A stretch of DNA of 64,000 nucleotides from an uncultured Candidatus Saccharibacteria bacterium. Its GTDB lineage: Bacteria > Patescibacteriota > Doudnabacteria > UBA920. The notes under the pieces were generated by a model. That model ran no database searches. It was not told the DNA's origin and worked only from the letters and a program-made list of their open reading frames with translations. Of the stretch, positions 35,219 to 44,573 are shown one piece after another (position 1 is the first letter of the stretch; every line of letters begins with the position of its first letter). The position numbers and the translations under genes were made by a program. The DNA lies in the NCBI GenBank assembly GCA_964483665.1, contig CAZACP010000001.1:6358-70357 (forward strand). The letters run 5' to 3'.

Positions 35219-36919
35219 ATGTCCTACCACATAAAAGCCCGTAAGGCGAAAAAGTTAAATACCAAGTTTATATTCGTTTCCGGCGGGGTTATATCCTCAG
35301 TAGGAAAAGGTATTACCACCGCATCTTTGTCCGCACTGCTTGAAAGCCGGGGGTATAAAGTCGCTCCGGTTAAAATGGATATGTATTTAAACGTGGACGC
35401 GGGCACCATAAGGCCTCAGGAACACGGCGAAGTATTTGTAACTAAAGACGGCGTGGAAACAGACCAGGACGTAGGAAATTACGAACGCTTTTTAAATGCC
35501 GATTTGTCATCTTCCAATTATGTAACTAACGGCCAAATATACCAAACCATAATTCAAAAAGAAAGAAATTTTGAATACGACGGCGAAGACGTGGAAATTG
35601 TGCCGCATGTGCCGGAAGAAATTATTCGCCGAATGGAAAAAGCCGCTCAGGAGCGAAAAGCGGATTTTGTAATAGCGGAAATTGGCGGAACTGTTGGCGA
35701 ATACCAGAATGTCTTGTTTATAGAGGCTAACCGTATAATGAAGTATAGAGACGGCAGAGACGTAATTCATATTCACGTGGGTTATTTGCCAACCCCGCCA
35801 AGCGTAGGGGAAATGAAGTCTAAGCCCATGCAAACCAGCGTTAGGATTTTAAACGGCAGCGGTATTCAGCCTGACTTTTTAATTTGCCGCGCGGAAAAAG
35901 CCGTAGACGACAGGCGCAAAGAAACCCTAGCCTGGATAACCAGCGTACCGGCTTCGCATATAATTTCCGCTCCAAATTTAGACACTATTTATAGAGTGCC
36001 ATTGAATTTTGACCAACAAAAACTGACAGACAAAATTTTGGAAAAATTTAAGTTAAAGCCAAAAAAGAGCGGAATGAAAGAATGGAATAATTTGCTTTCC
36101 AAAATTACCAGACTAAACAGTTCTGAAAAAACAGTAGATATAGCCGTGGTCGGAAAGTATTACGAAACAGGGGACTATAAATTAGCTGACGTGTATATTT
36201 CGGTTGTAGAAGCTATTAAGCACGCCTCCTGGAACAACGGAGTTAGGGCAAACCTTCACTGGGTTTCGAGTTTAGATGTAGAAAAGCACGGTGCGGCCAA
36301 AGTATTAAAGGAATTTGACGGAATTGTGGTGCCGGGCGGGTTTGGCAGCAGGGGAACGGAAGGGATGATAGAAACTATAAAGTATGCTCGGGAAAGTAAA
36401 GTTCCATATTTGGGACTTTGTTATGGCATGCAAATGGCAACAATAGAGTTTGCTAGAAACGTAGCCGGGCTTAAAGGCGCAAATACAACTGAGGTGGACG
36501 ACGGCAATCCGCATCCGGTTATACATATTATGCCTGACCAGGAAAAAAAGCTCTTAAACAGGGAATACGGCGCCACTATGCGCCTTGGGGCTTGGGACTG
36601 CGTAATTCAAAGAGGTACGCACACAGAAAGTGCTTATTTATCATCATCTGTAATTAAAAAAACCGGCACCGCCAAGATTTCAGAACGCCATCGCCATCGT
36701 TACGAATTTAACAACGCTTACCGAGAACAGCTTGTAAACGCGGGGCTTACTATTGCCGGCACCACGCCAGACGGCAAGTTAGTAGAAATTGTTGAAATAA
36801 AAGACCATCCGTTTTTTGTAGGTTCCCAGTTTCACCCGGAATTTCTTTCAAGGCCCCTAAGCCCGCACCCGCTGTTTAAAGGTTTTATGAAAGCGGTTAT
36901 TAAGCTAAAAACCAAGTAA
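35219..36919 (+). CDS. pyrG: CTP synthase
   Basis: FIFVSGGVISSVGKG...; GATase C-terminus with GLCYGMQ and HRHRYEFN. Confidence 0.95.
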   Translation: MSYHIKARKAKKLNTKFIFVSGGVISSVGKGITTASLSALLESRGYKVAPVKMDMYLNVDAGTIRPQEHGEVFVTKDGVETDQDVGNYERFLNADLSSSNYVTNGQIYQTIIQKERNFEYDGEDVEIVPHVPEEIIRRMEKAAQERKADFVIAEIGGTVGEYQNVLFIEANRIMKYRDGRDVIHIHVGYLPTPPSVGEMKSKPMQTSVRILNGSGIQPDFLICRAEKAVDDRRKETLAWITSVPASHIISAPNLDTIYRVPLNFDQQKLTDKILEKFKLKPKKSGMKEWNNLLSKITRLNSSEKTVDIAVVGKYYETGDYKLADVYISVVEAIKHASWNNGVRANLHWVSSLDVEKHGAAKVLKEFDGIVVPGGFGSRGTEGMIETIKYARESKVPYLGLCYGMQMATIEFARNVAGLKGANTTEVDDGNPHPVIHIMPDQEKKLLNREYGATMRLGAWDCVIQRGTHTESAYLSSSVIKKTGTAKISERHRHRYEFNNAYREQLVNAGLTIAGTTPDGKLVEIVEIKDHPFFVGSQFHPEFLSRPLSPHPLFKGFMKAVIKLKTK

Positions 36920-36933
36920 GTCGTTACAACTAT

Positions 36934-36958
36934 AAAACCCCTCAGTAGAGGGGTTTTT
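36934..36958. terminator. Bidirectional terminator between convergent pyrG and the anti-sigma gene
   Basis: aaaacccctcagtagaggggttttt. Confidence 0.8.
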
Positions 36959-36962
36959 ACAT

Positions 36963-37793
36963 TTAGTCTTCAAATAAAGGCGGTTTGCCGGTTTTTTTGT
37001 TTTCAACTTTTTTAATTTCCAGGTCTTGTTTTTGTCTGCCGGGAATTTCTTTTTCATTGTTTTCCGGTTTTTTGTCTTTTATAAATTCACCTTTAACTCT
37101 GTCTTCTTCTTTGTTAGGGTTTTCTTTTTTCAGTTCTTCAGTTTTTATTTTTACTTCTGTTGGGCTGGCTGAAGAAGCGCCTGTAAAGTTAATTTCTATT
37201 TCCACACCGCCTTCATGTTTGCCTTGCAATTTGAGTAAAGTTTCGGAAACCGAAGAAGCGGCTTGAGTATGTCCTTTGGCTTCCAGTTGTGCTTTTACAT
37301 CTGTTAAAATTTCCACCGCGTTTTGTAAGTTATTTTTGGCTTCGTTTTCGTAATTCTGTCGATTTGAATAATTTTCTGTTGGTTTTTCTACAGTTTGTAT
37401 GCGAAGCCTGCTTAATTCTTTTAAGCGCTCTTCGGCAAAATGCGACCTAAGCTTTGCCTTTCGTTCAGTAGATGTGCTTAGGCTAACCTCAATTTTTTCT
37501 TTGACTTGTTTTACCGGGTAAAGCAAGTCCCCGGGCACAGAGGAATTTGAAGCAAAAGCTGTTCCACCTATAAAAAATATTCCAACCATACCGGCTAAGG
37601 CAAAGCGTATAAAATGCGTATGCTGGTTATACCAAAATACTCCCTCAGGTTTGGTACTTTCCTGTGGTTCTTTAATTTTTTCTAAAATAGCCTGCTTAAT
37701 TTGCTCTTTTCGTAAACTGGGTAAAGAACTTTTATCCGCTAATTTTTTTAGTTTGGCTATTTCAGTATTAAATTTTTTAGTGTCCCATAGCAT
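36963..37793 (-). CDS. Putative anti-sigma factor (single TM, extracytoplasmic coiled region)
   Basis: Overlaps the upstream ECF sigma stop by 17 nt; TM FALAGMVGIFFIGGTAFA. Confidence 0.5.
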   Translation of the reverse strand: MLWDTKKFNTEIAKLKKLADKSSLPSLRKEQIKQAILEKIKEPQESTKPEGVFWYNQHTHFIRFALAGMVGIFFIGGTAFASNSSVPGDLLYPVKQVKEKIEVSLSTSTERKAKLRSHFAEERLKELSRLRIQTVEKPTENYSNRQNYENEAKNNLQNAVEILTDVKAQLEAKGHTQAASSVSETLLKLQGKHEGGVEIEINFTGASSASPTEVKIKTEELKKENPNKEEDRVKGEFIKDKKPENNEKEIPGRQKQDLEIKKVENKKTGKPPLFED

Positions 37794-38331
37794 TGTTTTG
37801 CCTTAAAATTTTTCTTAGCTTGTTAAGCGCCCTATACTGCAGAACTCTTATGCTCACAGAATTTTTATTCAAAATTTTCGCGCAATCTTTTAATTCAATG
37901 TCTTGCACGAACCTTAGCTCAATAATTTCCCTATATTTTTCCGGCAGCAAAGCAACGGCTTTTTTTATTATTTCAATGTCTGAATATATAACGAGTTCTT
38001 CCGCCGGTGTTCTGCCTGAAGAAACGTTTAAATTTTCGTCTAATTCCAAATTTTCCGGGCGCCTGTAAATTTTGCGAAAGTGGTCATTAACCGTGTTGGC
38101 CGCAATAGTGTAGAGCCATGACTTAAACTTTAAACCCTTGTCAATTTTTAAGCGGGGGAGCGCCTTGTGGGCTTTTATAAAAACTTCTTGCAGTAGATCC
38201 TCAGCCTCTTGCTGGTTTTGAACTTTGGTTTTTATATACCGAAAGAGCAGTTCTGAGTAAGCGTCGTAAAGTTTTCCAAAGGCTTTGTCGTCGCCGTTTT
38301 GCGCATGTTTAATGAGTTCTGTTGTTTCCAT
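37777..38331 (-). CDS. ECF-type sigma-70 family factor
   Basis: Region 2 (LLQEVFIKAHKAL...FKSWLYTIAANTVNDHFRK) and region 4 HTH (DCAKILNKNSVSIRVLQYRALNKLR). Confidence 0.8.
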   Translation of the reverse strand: METTELIKHAQNGDDKAFGKLYDAYSELLFRYIKTKVQNQQEAEDLLQEVFIKAHKALPRLKIDKGLKFKSWLYTIAANTVNDHFRKIYRRPENLELDENLNVSSGRTPAEELVIYSDIEIIKKAVALLPEKYREIIELRFVQDIELKDCAKILNKNSVSIRVLQYRALNKLRKILRQNNAMGH

Positions 38332-38427
38332 GCGGTTATTATAACGCATTTTGGCACTTAATGTTACAAATCAAAATCCCGCCCTTTCGCCGGTTGGCGG
38401 ATTAAGGACGGGACAAATTTACCGAAA

Positions 38428-38712
38428 TTATTTTTTAGCGGTTTCTACGCTTACAACCCTGGTTCTGCTTAAGTTGCCGTGAAATTTTTTTACCATCTTG
38501 CTTTGGAATTTTACAACGCCATTCGCAAGAGAGTAGAGGGTAGAGTCGCTGCCTTGTCGGACGTTCTTGCCAGCGTGATATTTGCTGCCTTTTTGTCTGA
38601 CAATAACCTGGCCGGTTTTAACCGCCTGATTACCGAATATTTTTACGCCTAAGCGTTTGGAGACACTGTCGCGGCCTAGCGCTGTTGAGCCTCCGGCTTT
38701 TTTATGGGCCAT
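38428..38712 (-). CDS. rpmA: 50S ribosomal protein L27
   Basis: [16 protein letters not shown]... Confidence 0.95.
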   Translation of the reverse strand: MAHKKAGGSTALGRDSVSKRLGVKIFGNQAVKTGQVIVRQKGSKYHAGKNVRQGSDSTLYSLANGVVKFQSKMVKKFHGNLSRTRVVSVETAKK

Positions 38713-38808
38713 ATGTTTTTACTTCGTAAAAAAACAATTAATGATTAACTAAATAACAATTAACTGCGAGTGCAGTCCTGTTAATCGTGAATTGTAAATT
38801 GTTAATTG

Positions 38809-40167
38809 TTATATTTTTTTAAATATTACTATTTCCCTGGCAACTATTTGGTCTTTACGGTCGTAAATAGCTGTTCCTCTGGCTGTGAGCTTTAAAAATT
38901 TGTATTTTTTAGCCTCAGAGGAGGGGATTAAGCTTATAGAATTATATCCTAAAGCCGAGGCAAAGTCAAGACTAGGCAGCATTTCGTACTCGTGCCTGCC
39001 TTTTTTATAAGCCGGTATGCACATAACTATTTTTGCGCCGGAGGGTAAAAATTTGGTGAATTCTTGAAAGGTTTTAGAATAAAGTTCTGTTAAATCGGCG
39101 AAATTTTTCTTAATTTCGTGCTCTTTTGGATAGTTGCCGTATATTGGCCCTAAAGTGCATTCCGTCACTATGCTACTTATTTTTTCTTTGCCAATAAGCT
39201 CTGCAACTTTTGTGGCGTCGGAGGTATTTAAAATATATTTTCCCGGGGCGATTTTATAGCGGTTTCTAAACCATTCCAAATTTTGTTCACTGCCTCTTAC
39301 AGCCACCCTGTTAATGTCTGACCCGAACATTCTGTAGCCCAAAAGCAGACCTTCCTGAATAATAGTGCCGATTCCGCAGAAAGGGTCAAGTATGGTGCTG
39401 CCTGGCTTGCAGCCGCTTAAATTTAGCATGACTTGCGCGACTTTTGGCGGGATCATGCCTTGCTTGTCGTCGCGTACCGGGCGCTGGTAGTCTCTTCGCC
39501 CGTAGTCTTCAAAGTCCTGGACTGTCAAAGTTTTGCCCACATAAACTTTTTCTTTGCCGGCTATAAGGCAAACCTCGGCTCCTTTTTGTAAAAGCAAATT
39601 GCCGGTAACGGCCACAGAGGCCAAAGAAAGGGAATTTATTTCGGGTAATACCAGTCTCACGCTGGCTCCGGTTTCGGTTAGGGTTTTCTTTATCATCATG
39701 CCAATTTTCTTGGGTTCGATGAATATATTGTTAGTTCGCTGGCCGGCAGAATTGTTTTGATTTTGGTTATAGCCGCCATTTTGAAAAGCGGGACGTTTTG
39801 CCAATTCTTCGTCGAGCAAATAAATACTGACTCCAAACTGAATTTTGCCTTTGTAATCTTTTAGAAATTGTTTTTTTAGCACGCTAGGCTTGAAGTAGTG
39901 CTGTAGAGTAAAGTTAACCGAATCAAACTCTCTTTTTTTAAGTTCCTCGCAAATTTGAATTATTTTTATGCAGCCGCCCAAAAACTTTTGCAGCTTTTCC
40001 ACTTGCAAAGGTTTTTGGGTTTCTATAATTAAAACTTCAAATGAAGCGTCTACTATTGAAACGGGGTTGTCTAAAAGCCCCAAAGACGCATCTGCCCTTT
40101 CTAAAACAGCCAAAATTTCGGCCATTGAAAGAGTATAAACCCTCCCTAATATGAATCCGTAGCGCAT
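38809..40167 (-). CDS. THUMP-domain RNA methyltransferase (Trm11/RlmL-like N2-guanine MTase family)
   Basis: SAM motif I DPFCGIGTI; UPF0020-like; trimmed to MRYGFILG because the upstream 80 codons overlap a divergent gene. Confidence 0.65.
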   Translation of the reverse strand: MRYGFILGRVYTLSMAEILAVLERADASLGLLDNPVSIVDASFEVLIIETQKPLQVEKLQKFLGGCIKIIQICEELKKREFDSVNFTLQHYFKPSVLKKQFLKDYKGKIQFGVSIYLLDEELAKRPAFQNGGYNQNQNNSAGQRTNNIFIEPKKIGMMIKKTLTETGASVRLVLPEINSLSLASVAVTGNLLLQKGAEVCLIAGKEKVYVGKTLTVQDFEDYGRRDYQRPVRDDKQGMIPPKVAQVMLNLSGCKPGSTILDPFCGIGTIIQEGLLLGYRMFGSDINRVAVRGSEQNLEWFRNRYKIAPGKYILNTSDATKVAELIGKEKISSIVTECTLGPIYGNYPKEHEIKKNFADLTELYSKTFQEFTKFLPSGAKIVMCIPAYKKGRHEYEMLPSLDFASALGYNSISLIPSSEAKKYKFLKLTARGTAIYDRKDQIVAREIVIFKKI

Positions 40168-40278
40168 TGGATAGTTATCGGTTGATATAATTATAGTCCC
40201 GATGCTTTTTGGTCGGGGCTCCGACTTTACGTCGGAGTTGATAGTACAAACAGATAATGTTACGATTAAGCTAAAGAT

Positions 40279-40692
40279 ATGCTTACTTACCAAGAATTTA
40301 AGGACTGGTGCGAAACCCACAAGCAAAAATTTGTAATAGCCGCCTGTTTTTTGCTGGTGTTTTTGGCAGGAATAGGGGTGGGCAGATATGAAAAAAACAA
40401 CCGGCAAAGCAACATAAATTTAAATAATTATAGCACAAATAATTCAAAAGAGCAAAAAATTAACCAACAAGCAGGGGAGCAGGCGGTTTTGGGAACAGAG
40501 GCGGTAAAGGCTACGACGACTTTGCCGACGGTTATAAACACAGATGCCTGTAAAATAAAAGGCAACATAGGTACAGGCGGGAAAATTTACCATATGCCGG
40601 GCGGCGCTTCCTACAAAATTGTTAAGCCGGAAATGTGTTTTAATACTGAAGCCGAAGCTGTGGCTGCAGGGTTTAGGAAGGCTGGGAGGTAG
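40279..40692 (+). CDS. Membrane-anchored small secreted protein with a C-terminal Cys-pair domain (CKIKGNI...GKIYHMPGG...CFNTEAEAVAAGFRKA)
   Basis: TM VIAACFLLVFLAGIGV; the C-terminal motif is common in small extracellular proteins of Gram-positives. Confidence 0.5.
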   Translation: MLTYQEFKDWCETHKQKFVIAACFLLVFLAGIGVGRYEKNNRQSNINLNNYSTNNSKEQKINQQAGEQAVLGTEAVKATTTLPTVINTDACKIKGNIGTGGKIYHMPGGASYKIVKPEMCFNTEAEAVAAGFRKAGR

Positions 40693-40728
40693 GGTGGGAA
40701 AACAATTAACAATTAACAATTAACTACA

Positions 40729-40762
40729 ACCTGCTCGCGGTATTGACGGGCAGGCTTTTTTT
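40729..40762 (+). terminator. Rho-independent terminator
   Basis: cctgctcgcggtattgacgggcagg followed by ctttttttt. Confidence 0.75.
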
Positions 40763-40779
40763 TGATAACTTATATTAAC

Positions 40780-41050
40780 TTTGCCCTGGCCGAAATACCA
40801 GGGAAAATGGCTCATATTTACCACCTCATCCCGCGTGAGCCATAAAGTCGTCAACCTTCAAAAATGTCCCCGCAAGCTGTTAAAAAATTTTTGAAGGAAA
40901 TGGCGGCGTGTTGTTGTTAGCCAAGGAGGAACTGTCTATAGGGCATGCGTGAGCTTGCTTACAAACCTGAGACTTTATACAGCCTCTGGTTTTGACTTTT
41001 GTCCTCCTTGGCCGGCTGGTTGATGCAGCCGGTCTTTTTATTTGTTTAAC
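40780..41050 (+). other. GC-rich structured non-coding region upstream of iscS; candidate cis-regulatory RNA or sRNA
   Basis: Several hairpins; 11-nt long-range complementarity gccaaggagga / tcctccttggc; ends in the ccggctg...cagccgg hairpin plus T-run. Confidence 0.3.
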
Positions 41051-41079
41051 GAAAAGATTTTAGCTATAATCCCTGTAAT

Positions 41080-42285
41080 ATGCAAAAAGAAATTTATTTA
41101 GACTACGCGGCCACAACCCCGCTTGATACAAAAGTTAAAGCCTCAATGCTGCCATATTTAGGCAGCGCTTTTGGCAACCCTTCCGCTTTGTATAAAAAGG
41201 GGAGAGAGGCAAAACAAGCAGTCGAAAGTTCTAGAAAAAGTATTGCCGGTTTAATAGGCAGCAGGCCGGAGGAAATAATTTTTACCGCCGGAGGAACGGA
41301 AAGTAACAACCTAGCTATTTTTGGCATTTTAAGAGCGGCTTTGGGGCAGAGTAAAAAAAAGTTTCCGCACATAATTACCACCAGCATTGAACATGCTTCT
41401 GTTTTAGAGCCTATAAAGTCGCTTCAAGGGGAAGGTTTTTTGGCGAGTTTGGTAAAGGTAGATTCGGAAGGAATTGTCAGTCCTGAAAATATAAAAAAAC
41501 AAATTCGGCCGGAAACGGTTTTAGTTTCGGTTATGTATGCTAACAACGAAATAGGTTCTATTCAGCCCATAGCCGAAATAGGGAAGCTTATAAGACAAGA
41601 AAACCAAAAACGGGCGGCCAAAAAATTACCTGTAATATATTTTCATACAGACGCCTGCCAAGCAGCCGGTCTGTTGGATATTAACGTACAAAAGCTGGGT
41701 GTGGATTTAATGACCATTAACGGGAGTAAAATATATGGTCCGAAACAGTCAGGCTTTTTATTTGTAAGGAACGGACTGAATATAAAGCCTTTAATGTATG
41801 GCGGGGGGCAGGAAAAGGCTTTGCGCAGCGGAACAGAAAATGTGGCTAATATTGTTGGTTTTTCTACAGCTCTCAAATTGGCTCAAGAAAATAAATTAAA
41901 AGAAAGTAAAAGGCTTGTAGCCCTGCGCGATTATTTTTTTGAAAAACTTAACAAAAATATTTCCGAAATTAGTTTAAACGGACCTGGTCTTAAGTCAGCA
42001 AAACGTTTGGCCAATAATCTTAATATAAGTGTTATGGGCGTTGAAGGCGAAGCCTTACTTCTATATTTAGACGCCCAAGGGGTGTATGTGAGTACCGGCA
42101 GTTCATGTGATTCAAGCTCAGGGCAAGAATCGCACGTTTTAAGGGCAATAGGCTTAAATGCCAAAATGTCCGAATCGGCCATTAGAATTACTTTAGGCAA
42201 AATTACAAATAAAAAAGATATAGATTACGCGTTGCAAGTTCTGGTAAGGGCAGTGAGTCTGTTAAGAAAATCCAAAACCACATAA
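41080..42285 (+). CDS. iscS: Cysteine desulfurase (class V aminotransferase, IscS/NifS-like)
   Basis: PLP-lysine context (SKIYGPKQSG...) and the SSGQESHV cysteine-loop region. Confidence 0.85.
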   Translation: MQKEIYLDYAATTPLDTKVKASMLPYLGSAFGNPSALYKKGREAKQAVESSRKSIAGLIGSRPEEIIFTAGGTESNNLAIFGILRAALGQSKKKFPHIITTSIEHASVLEPIKSLQGEGFLASLVKVDSEGIVSPENIKKQIRPETVLVSVMYANNEIGSIQPIAEIGKLIRQENQKRAAKKLPVIYFHTDACQAAGLLDINVQKLGVDLMTINGSKIYGPKQSGFLFVRNGLNIKPLMYGGGQEKALRSGTENVANIVGFSTALKLAQENKLKESKRLVALRDYFFEKLNKNISEISLNGPGLKSAKRLANNLNISVMGVEGEALLLYLDAQGVYVSTGSSCDSSSGQESHVLRAIGLNAKMSESAIRITLGKITNKKDIDYALQVLVRAVSLLRKSKTT

Positions 42286-42292
42286 GCAGACA

Positions 42293-42318
42293 AAAACCGC
42301 TGGGGAACAGCGGTTTTT
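42293..42318 (+). terminator. Rho-independent terminator after iscS
   Basis: aaaaccgctggggaacagcggttttt. Confidence 0.85.
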
Positions 42319-42381
42319 GAAATACCTACTATGTCGCACAATGTATCTTATGCGACATTGAATATATAAATAAAGCTTTGT

Positions 42382-42410
42382 AAAACCGCCAATCTGTTAA
42401 AGGCGGTTTT
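42382..42410 (-). terminator. Terminator closing the minus-strand hydrolase operon
   Basis: aaaaccgcc...ggcggtttt. Confidence 0.7.
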
Positions 42411-42436
42411 ATTTGGTAATCAGTTAGTTATTTTTT

Positions 42437-42724
42437 TTATGGTTGTTTATTTTGATTTTGTAATAATATATCAATTTTATAATTTTGTTCTCTAATCTTA
42501 TCAATAAGTTGATTTTCTATGTCTGCCCTATCGTTTGACTCGGTAATGACGAACTGTATATAGGCAAAAGCTAAAGCAATAAAAACAGTAAAGAATGCAA
42601 CAATGACACCTGTCATCATTAGTTGCAAAAAATTTAGTTGACTATCAGGAACTTGAGTTCCAAAAGCACCAGAGGTAGAAGCTGTTGTTGTCGTGCTTTT
42701 TTTGCTTTTTTCATTCTCAGTCAT
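42437..42724 (-). CDS. Small single-TM protein (Thr/Ser-rich N-terminus), last gene of the hydrolase operon
   Basis: TM LMMTGVIVAFFTVFIALAFAYIQFV; 7-nt gap to the upstream gene. Confidence 0.45.
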   Translation of the reverse strand: MTENEKSKKSTTTTASTSGAFGTQVPDSQLNFLQLMMTGVIVAFFTVFIALAFAYIQFVITESNDRADIENQLIDKIREQNYKIDILLQNQNKQP

Positions 42725-42730
42725 TTTATT

Positions 42731-42973
42731 TTATTCAAAAATCTTAGCTGGAAAAGTTTTTAGTTCACCAGTAACTTTATTAGCAAATAGCTTTACAGGC
42801 AAACCAGAAGGCATCAGCTTAATGCCACTTGATGGTGTTCCATTAGGAACAGTTGGGGTTGCTTCTGTATACCAAAACCAACCAACAACTTCATCCCAGT
42901 CGCCATCAGTATTATTATTGTTTAATTCAAGTATCTTTTGCTGAATTTTTTCTTTGCTTAAACCGTAAGACAT
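42731..42973 (-). CDS. Small Trp-rich hypothetical protein
   Basis: 80-aa ORF in operon context. Confidence 0.35.
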   Translation of the reverse strand: MSYGLSKEKIQQKILELNNNNTDGDWDEVVGWFWYTEATPTVPNGTPSSGIKLMPSGLPVKLFANKVTGELKTFPAKIFE

Positions 42974-43132
42974 TTTTTACTATTATTTAATTAAATCTAC
43001 GTCAATTTTACCACAAAACCACAACCACGCAAAGAGCTAGAACTTGATATAAAAATTCTGGCTCTCCTACTAAAATTAAGCTGGGATTTATCAACCTATG
43101 TATCTTCAAAAATTTATTACCCTAACTAAACA

Positions 43133-43567
43133 TTAAGGTGTTTTGCTGCAAATAAAGCTTATACTGTTTTGCTGTCCTTTATTTAAATTCATGCTGGCGC
43201 TTGTTGAGCCGATTTCGATTGCTACATTGTTATTGGTTGGACTGACTGCATTTTTTATAAATCTTTCATTCGGACAAATTACACCCAATCGTTCTTTGGT
43301 GTTTGTAAAACCAACTAAAACATATTGGCTTATGTTATTTATGTCTAAGTCTACGGTCTTATCCCCCACTGTTGCTTTTGAGTAAATGTTTCCGTCAAAT
43401 TCGGTTAAGGAAATAAAGTAAAAATCTGAGGCATTAATTTCTGCCGGACTTAGCGAGGTTGAAGGCAGGGTATTTTTTGGTGCAGTTGTTAAAAAGTAAA
43501 ATATCCAGCCAAGTCCTATGACTATTAAACCAACCAGCGAGTATATAATTATTTTGTTTTGATTCAT
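43133..43567 (-). CDS. N-terminally anchored periplasmic-type protein with two Cys; candidate inhibitor/immunity partner of the adjacent hydrolases
   Basis: TM IIIYSLVGLIVIGLGWIFYFL; 7-nt gap after the hydrolase gene. Confidence 0.45.
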   Translation of the reverse strand: MNQNKIIIYSLVGLIVIGLGWIFYFLTTAPKNTLPSTSLSPAEINASDFYFISLTEFDGNIYSKATVGDKTVDLDINNISQYVLVGFTNTKERLGVICPNERFIKNAVSPTNNNVAIEIGSTSASMNLNKGQQNSISFICSKTP

Positions 43568-43573
43568 AAATTT

Positions 43574-44542
43574 TTATGTTCTATTATTGTTTAGCCAATT
43601 AGCTACTGCTTCAACGCCTGCAGCCCAATTCGGACAAAAGCTACGTCTTTGTCCGCTGTCTGTATTTCCATAATTTCCCGGATTGCAAGTATCTACCGCC
43701 ACACCATCAACCCCGTAATGACTGTCGACTTCCATAATTGCCATTAGCACCCTAATGTCGATATTTCTTGCCGCGTTAACAACCATATCACCAGTAAGTG
43801 GGCTTCTTATATTTCCGCCTTTAAAAATTTGAGCTGACCTGTCCATATATGACTTTACTTTTTCAGGGGTGCTTAAATCTTGTCTAAGTAAATTATTATA
43901 TCTGTCCTTAACTAGGTTTTCATGATTAGCATCGGTCGCATAACGGCGAATGTTGTAGCCGGCTAAAATAAATGGAGTACCGTTATTTCCGTTTGCTCCC
44001 GGCAAGCTTGAGCCTGGCACAAAACCAGGAATATAAGCAGGCTGCAGCGTCACACTCGGCGGCTGTATAGGCCTAAACTTAATCAGGTCTGGGTTTAAAG
44101 CTTTAAGTAGAATATAGCCGGCAAACAAAATAACTAAAGAAGTAACTGTGCTGGCTAATATGCTTTTAGCTTTGTCTACAGATTCCTGGTTGCCACCGGC
44201 TCCAATATACAAATATCCGGCAATCACTATAAAAAATACGCCGACTACAGCAGCTGTCACTATGGCAAACCTATACAGCCTGTTTATGCAGTTATATAAA
44301 TCACCGCTGGAAACGTTATTAGCGCCCGATGAATCCAAATGGCCTCCAAAAGCATTTGTAGCAAGATTAGTTTGGCTTTTCTCCGGATCCGAAGGAGCGC
44401 ATAAATATTGTTTTATTTGAGCTCCAACTCCGGCTGTAGTGTAATCTGCGCTGCCGGAAGTGGTGTTTTGGGCAAAGGCAAGGTTTAAAAAACCTATTGC
44501 CAAATAAAAACAAATCGAAATAAGTAAGAGTTTTTTAGGCAT
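43574..44542 (-). CDS. Fusion protein: TrbC/VirB2-like pilin-type N-terminal module (signal peptide, Cys pair, two TM helices) plus a lysozyme/lytic-transglycosylase-like C-terminal domain
   Basis: N-terminal 150 aa nearly identical to the paralog at 44574..45548; C-terminus LMAIMEVDSHYG...CNPGNYG resembles the SLT E-S...NP catalytic region. Confidence 0.6.
   Translation of the reverse strand: MPKKLLLISICFYLAIGFLNLAFAQNTTSGSADYTTAGVGAQIKQYLCAPSDPEKSQTNLATNAFGGHLDSSGANNVSSGDLYNCINRLYRFAIVTAAVVGVFFIVIAGYLYIGAGGNQESVDKAKSILASTVTSLVILFAGYILLKALNPDLIKFRPIQPPSVTLQPAYIPGFVPGSSLPGANGNNGTPFILAGYNIRRYATDANHENLVKDRYNNLLRQDLSTPEKVKSYMDRSAQIFKGGNIRSPLTGDMVVNAARNIDIRVLMAIMEVDSHYGVDGVAVDTCNPGNYGNTDSGQRRSFCPNWAAGVEAVANWLNNNRT
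44052..44310. repeat. Direct repeat, copy B (identical to 45070..45328); a second block 44385..44486 matches 45390..45491
   Basis: 259 bp identical by eye; encodes the shared TM-hairpin module. Confidence 0.85.
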
Positions 44543-44573
44543 TAAAATATTATAAAGATATTGGGATATTAAA

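Noticed and set aside
40168-40407. First 80 codons of ORF 38809..40407 (MPVVFFISAHPYS...)
   Set aside because: They overlap the divergent 40279..40692 gene and have no methyltransferase similarity. The conserved family N-terminus MRYGFILG begins at 40167.
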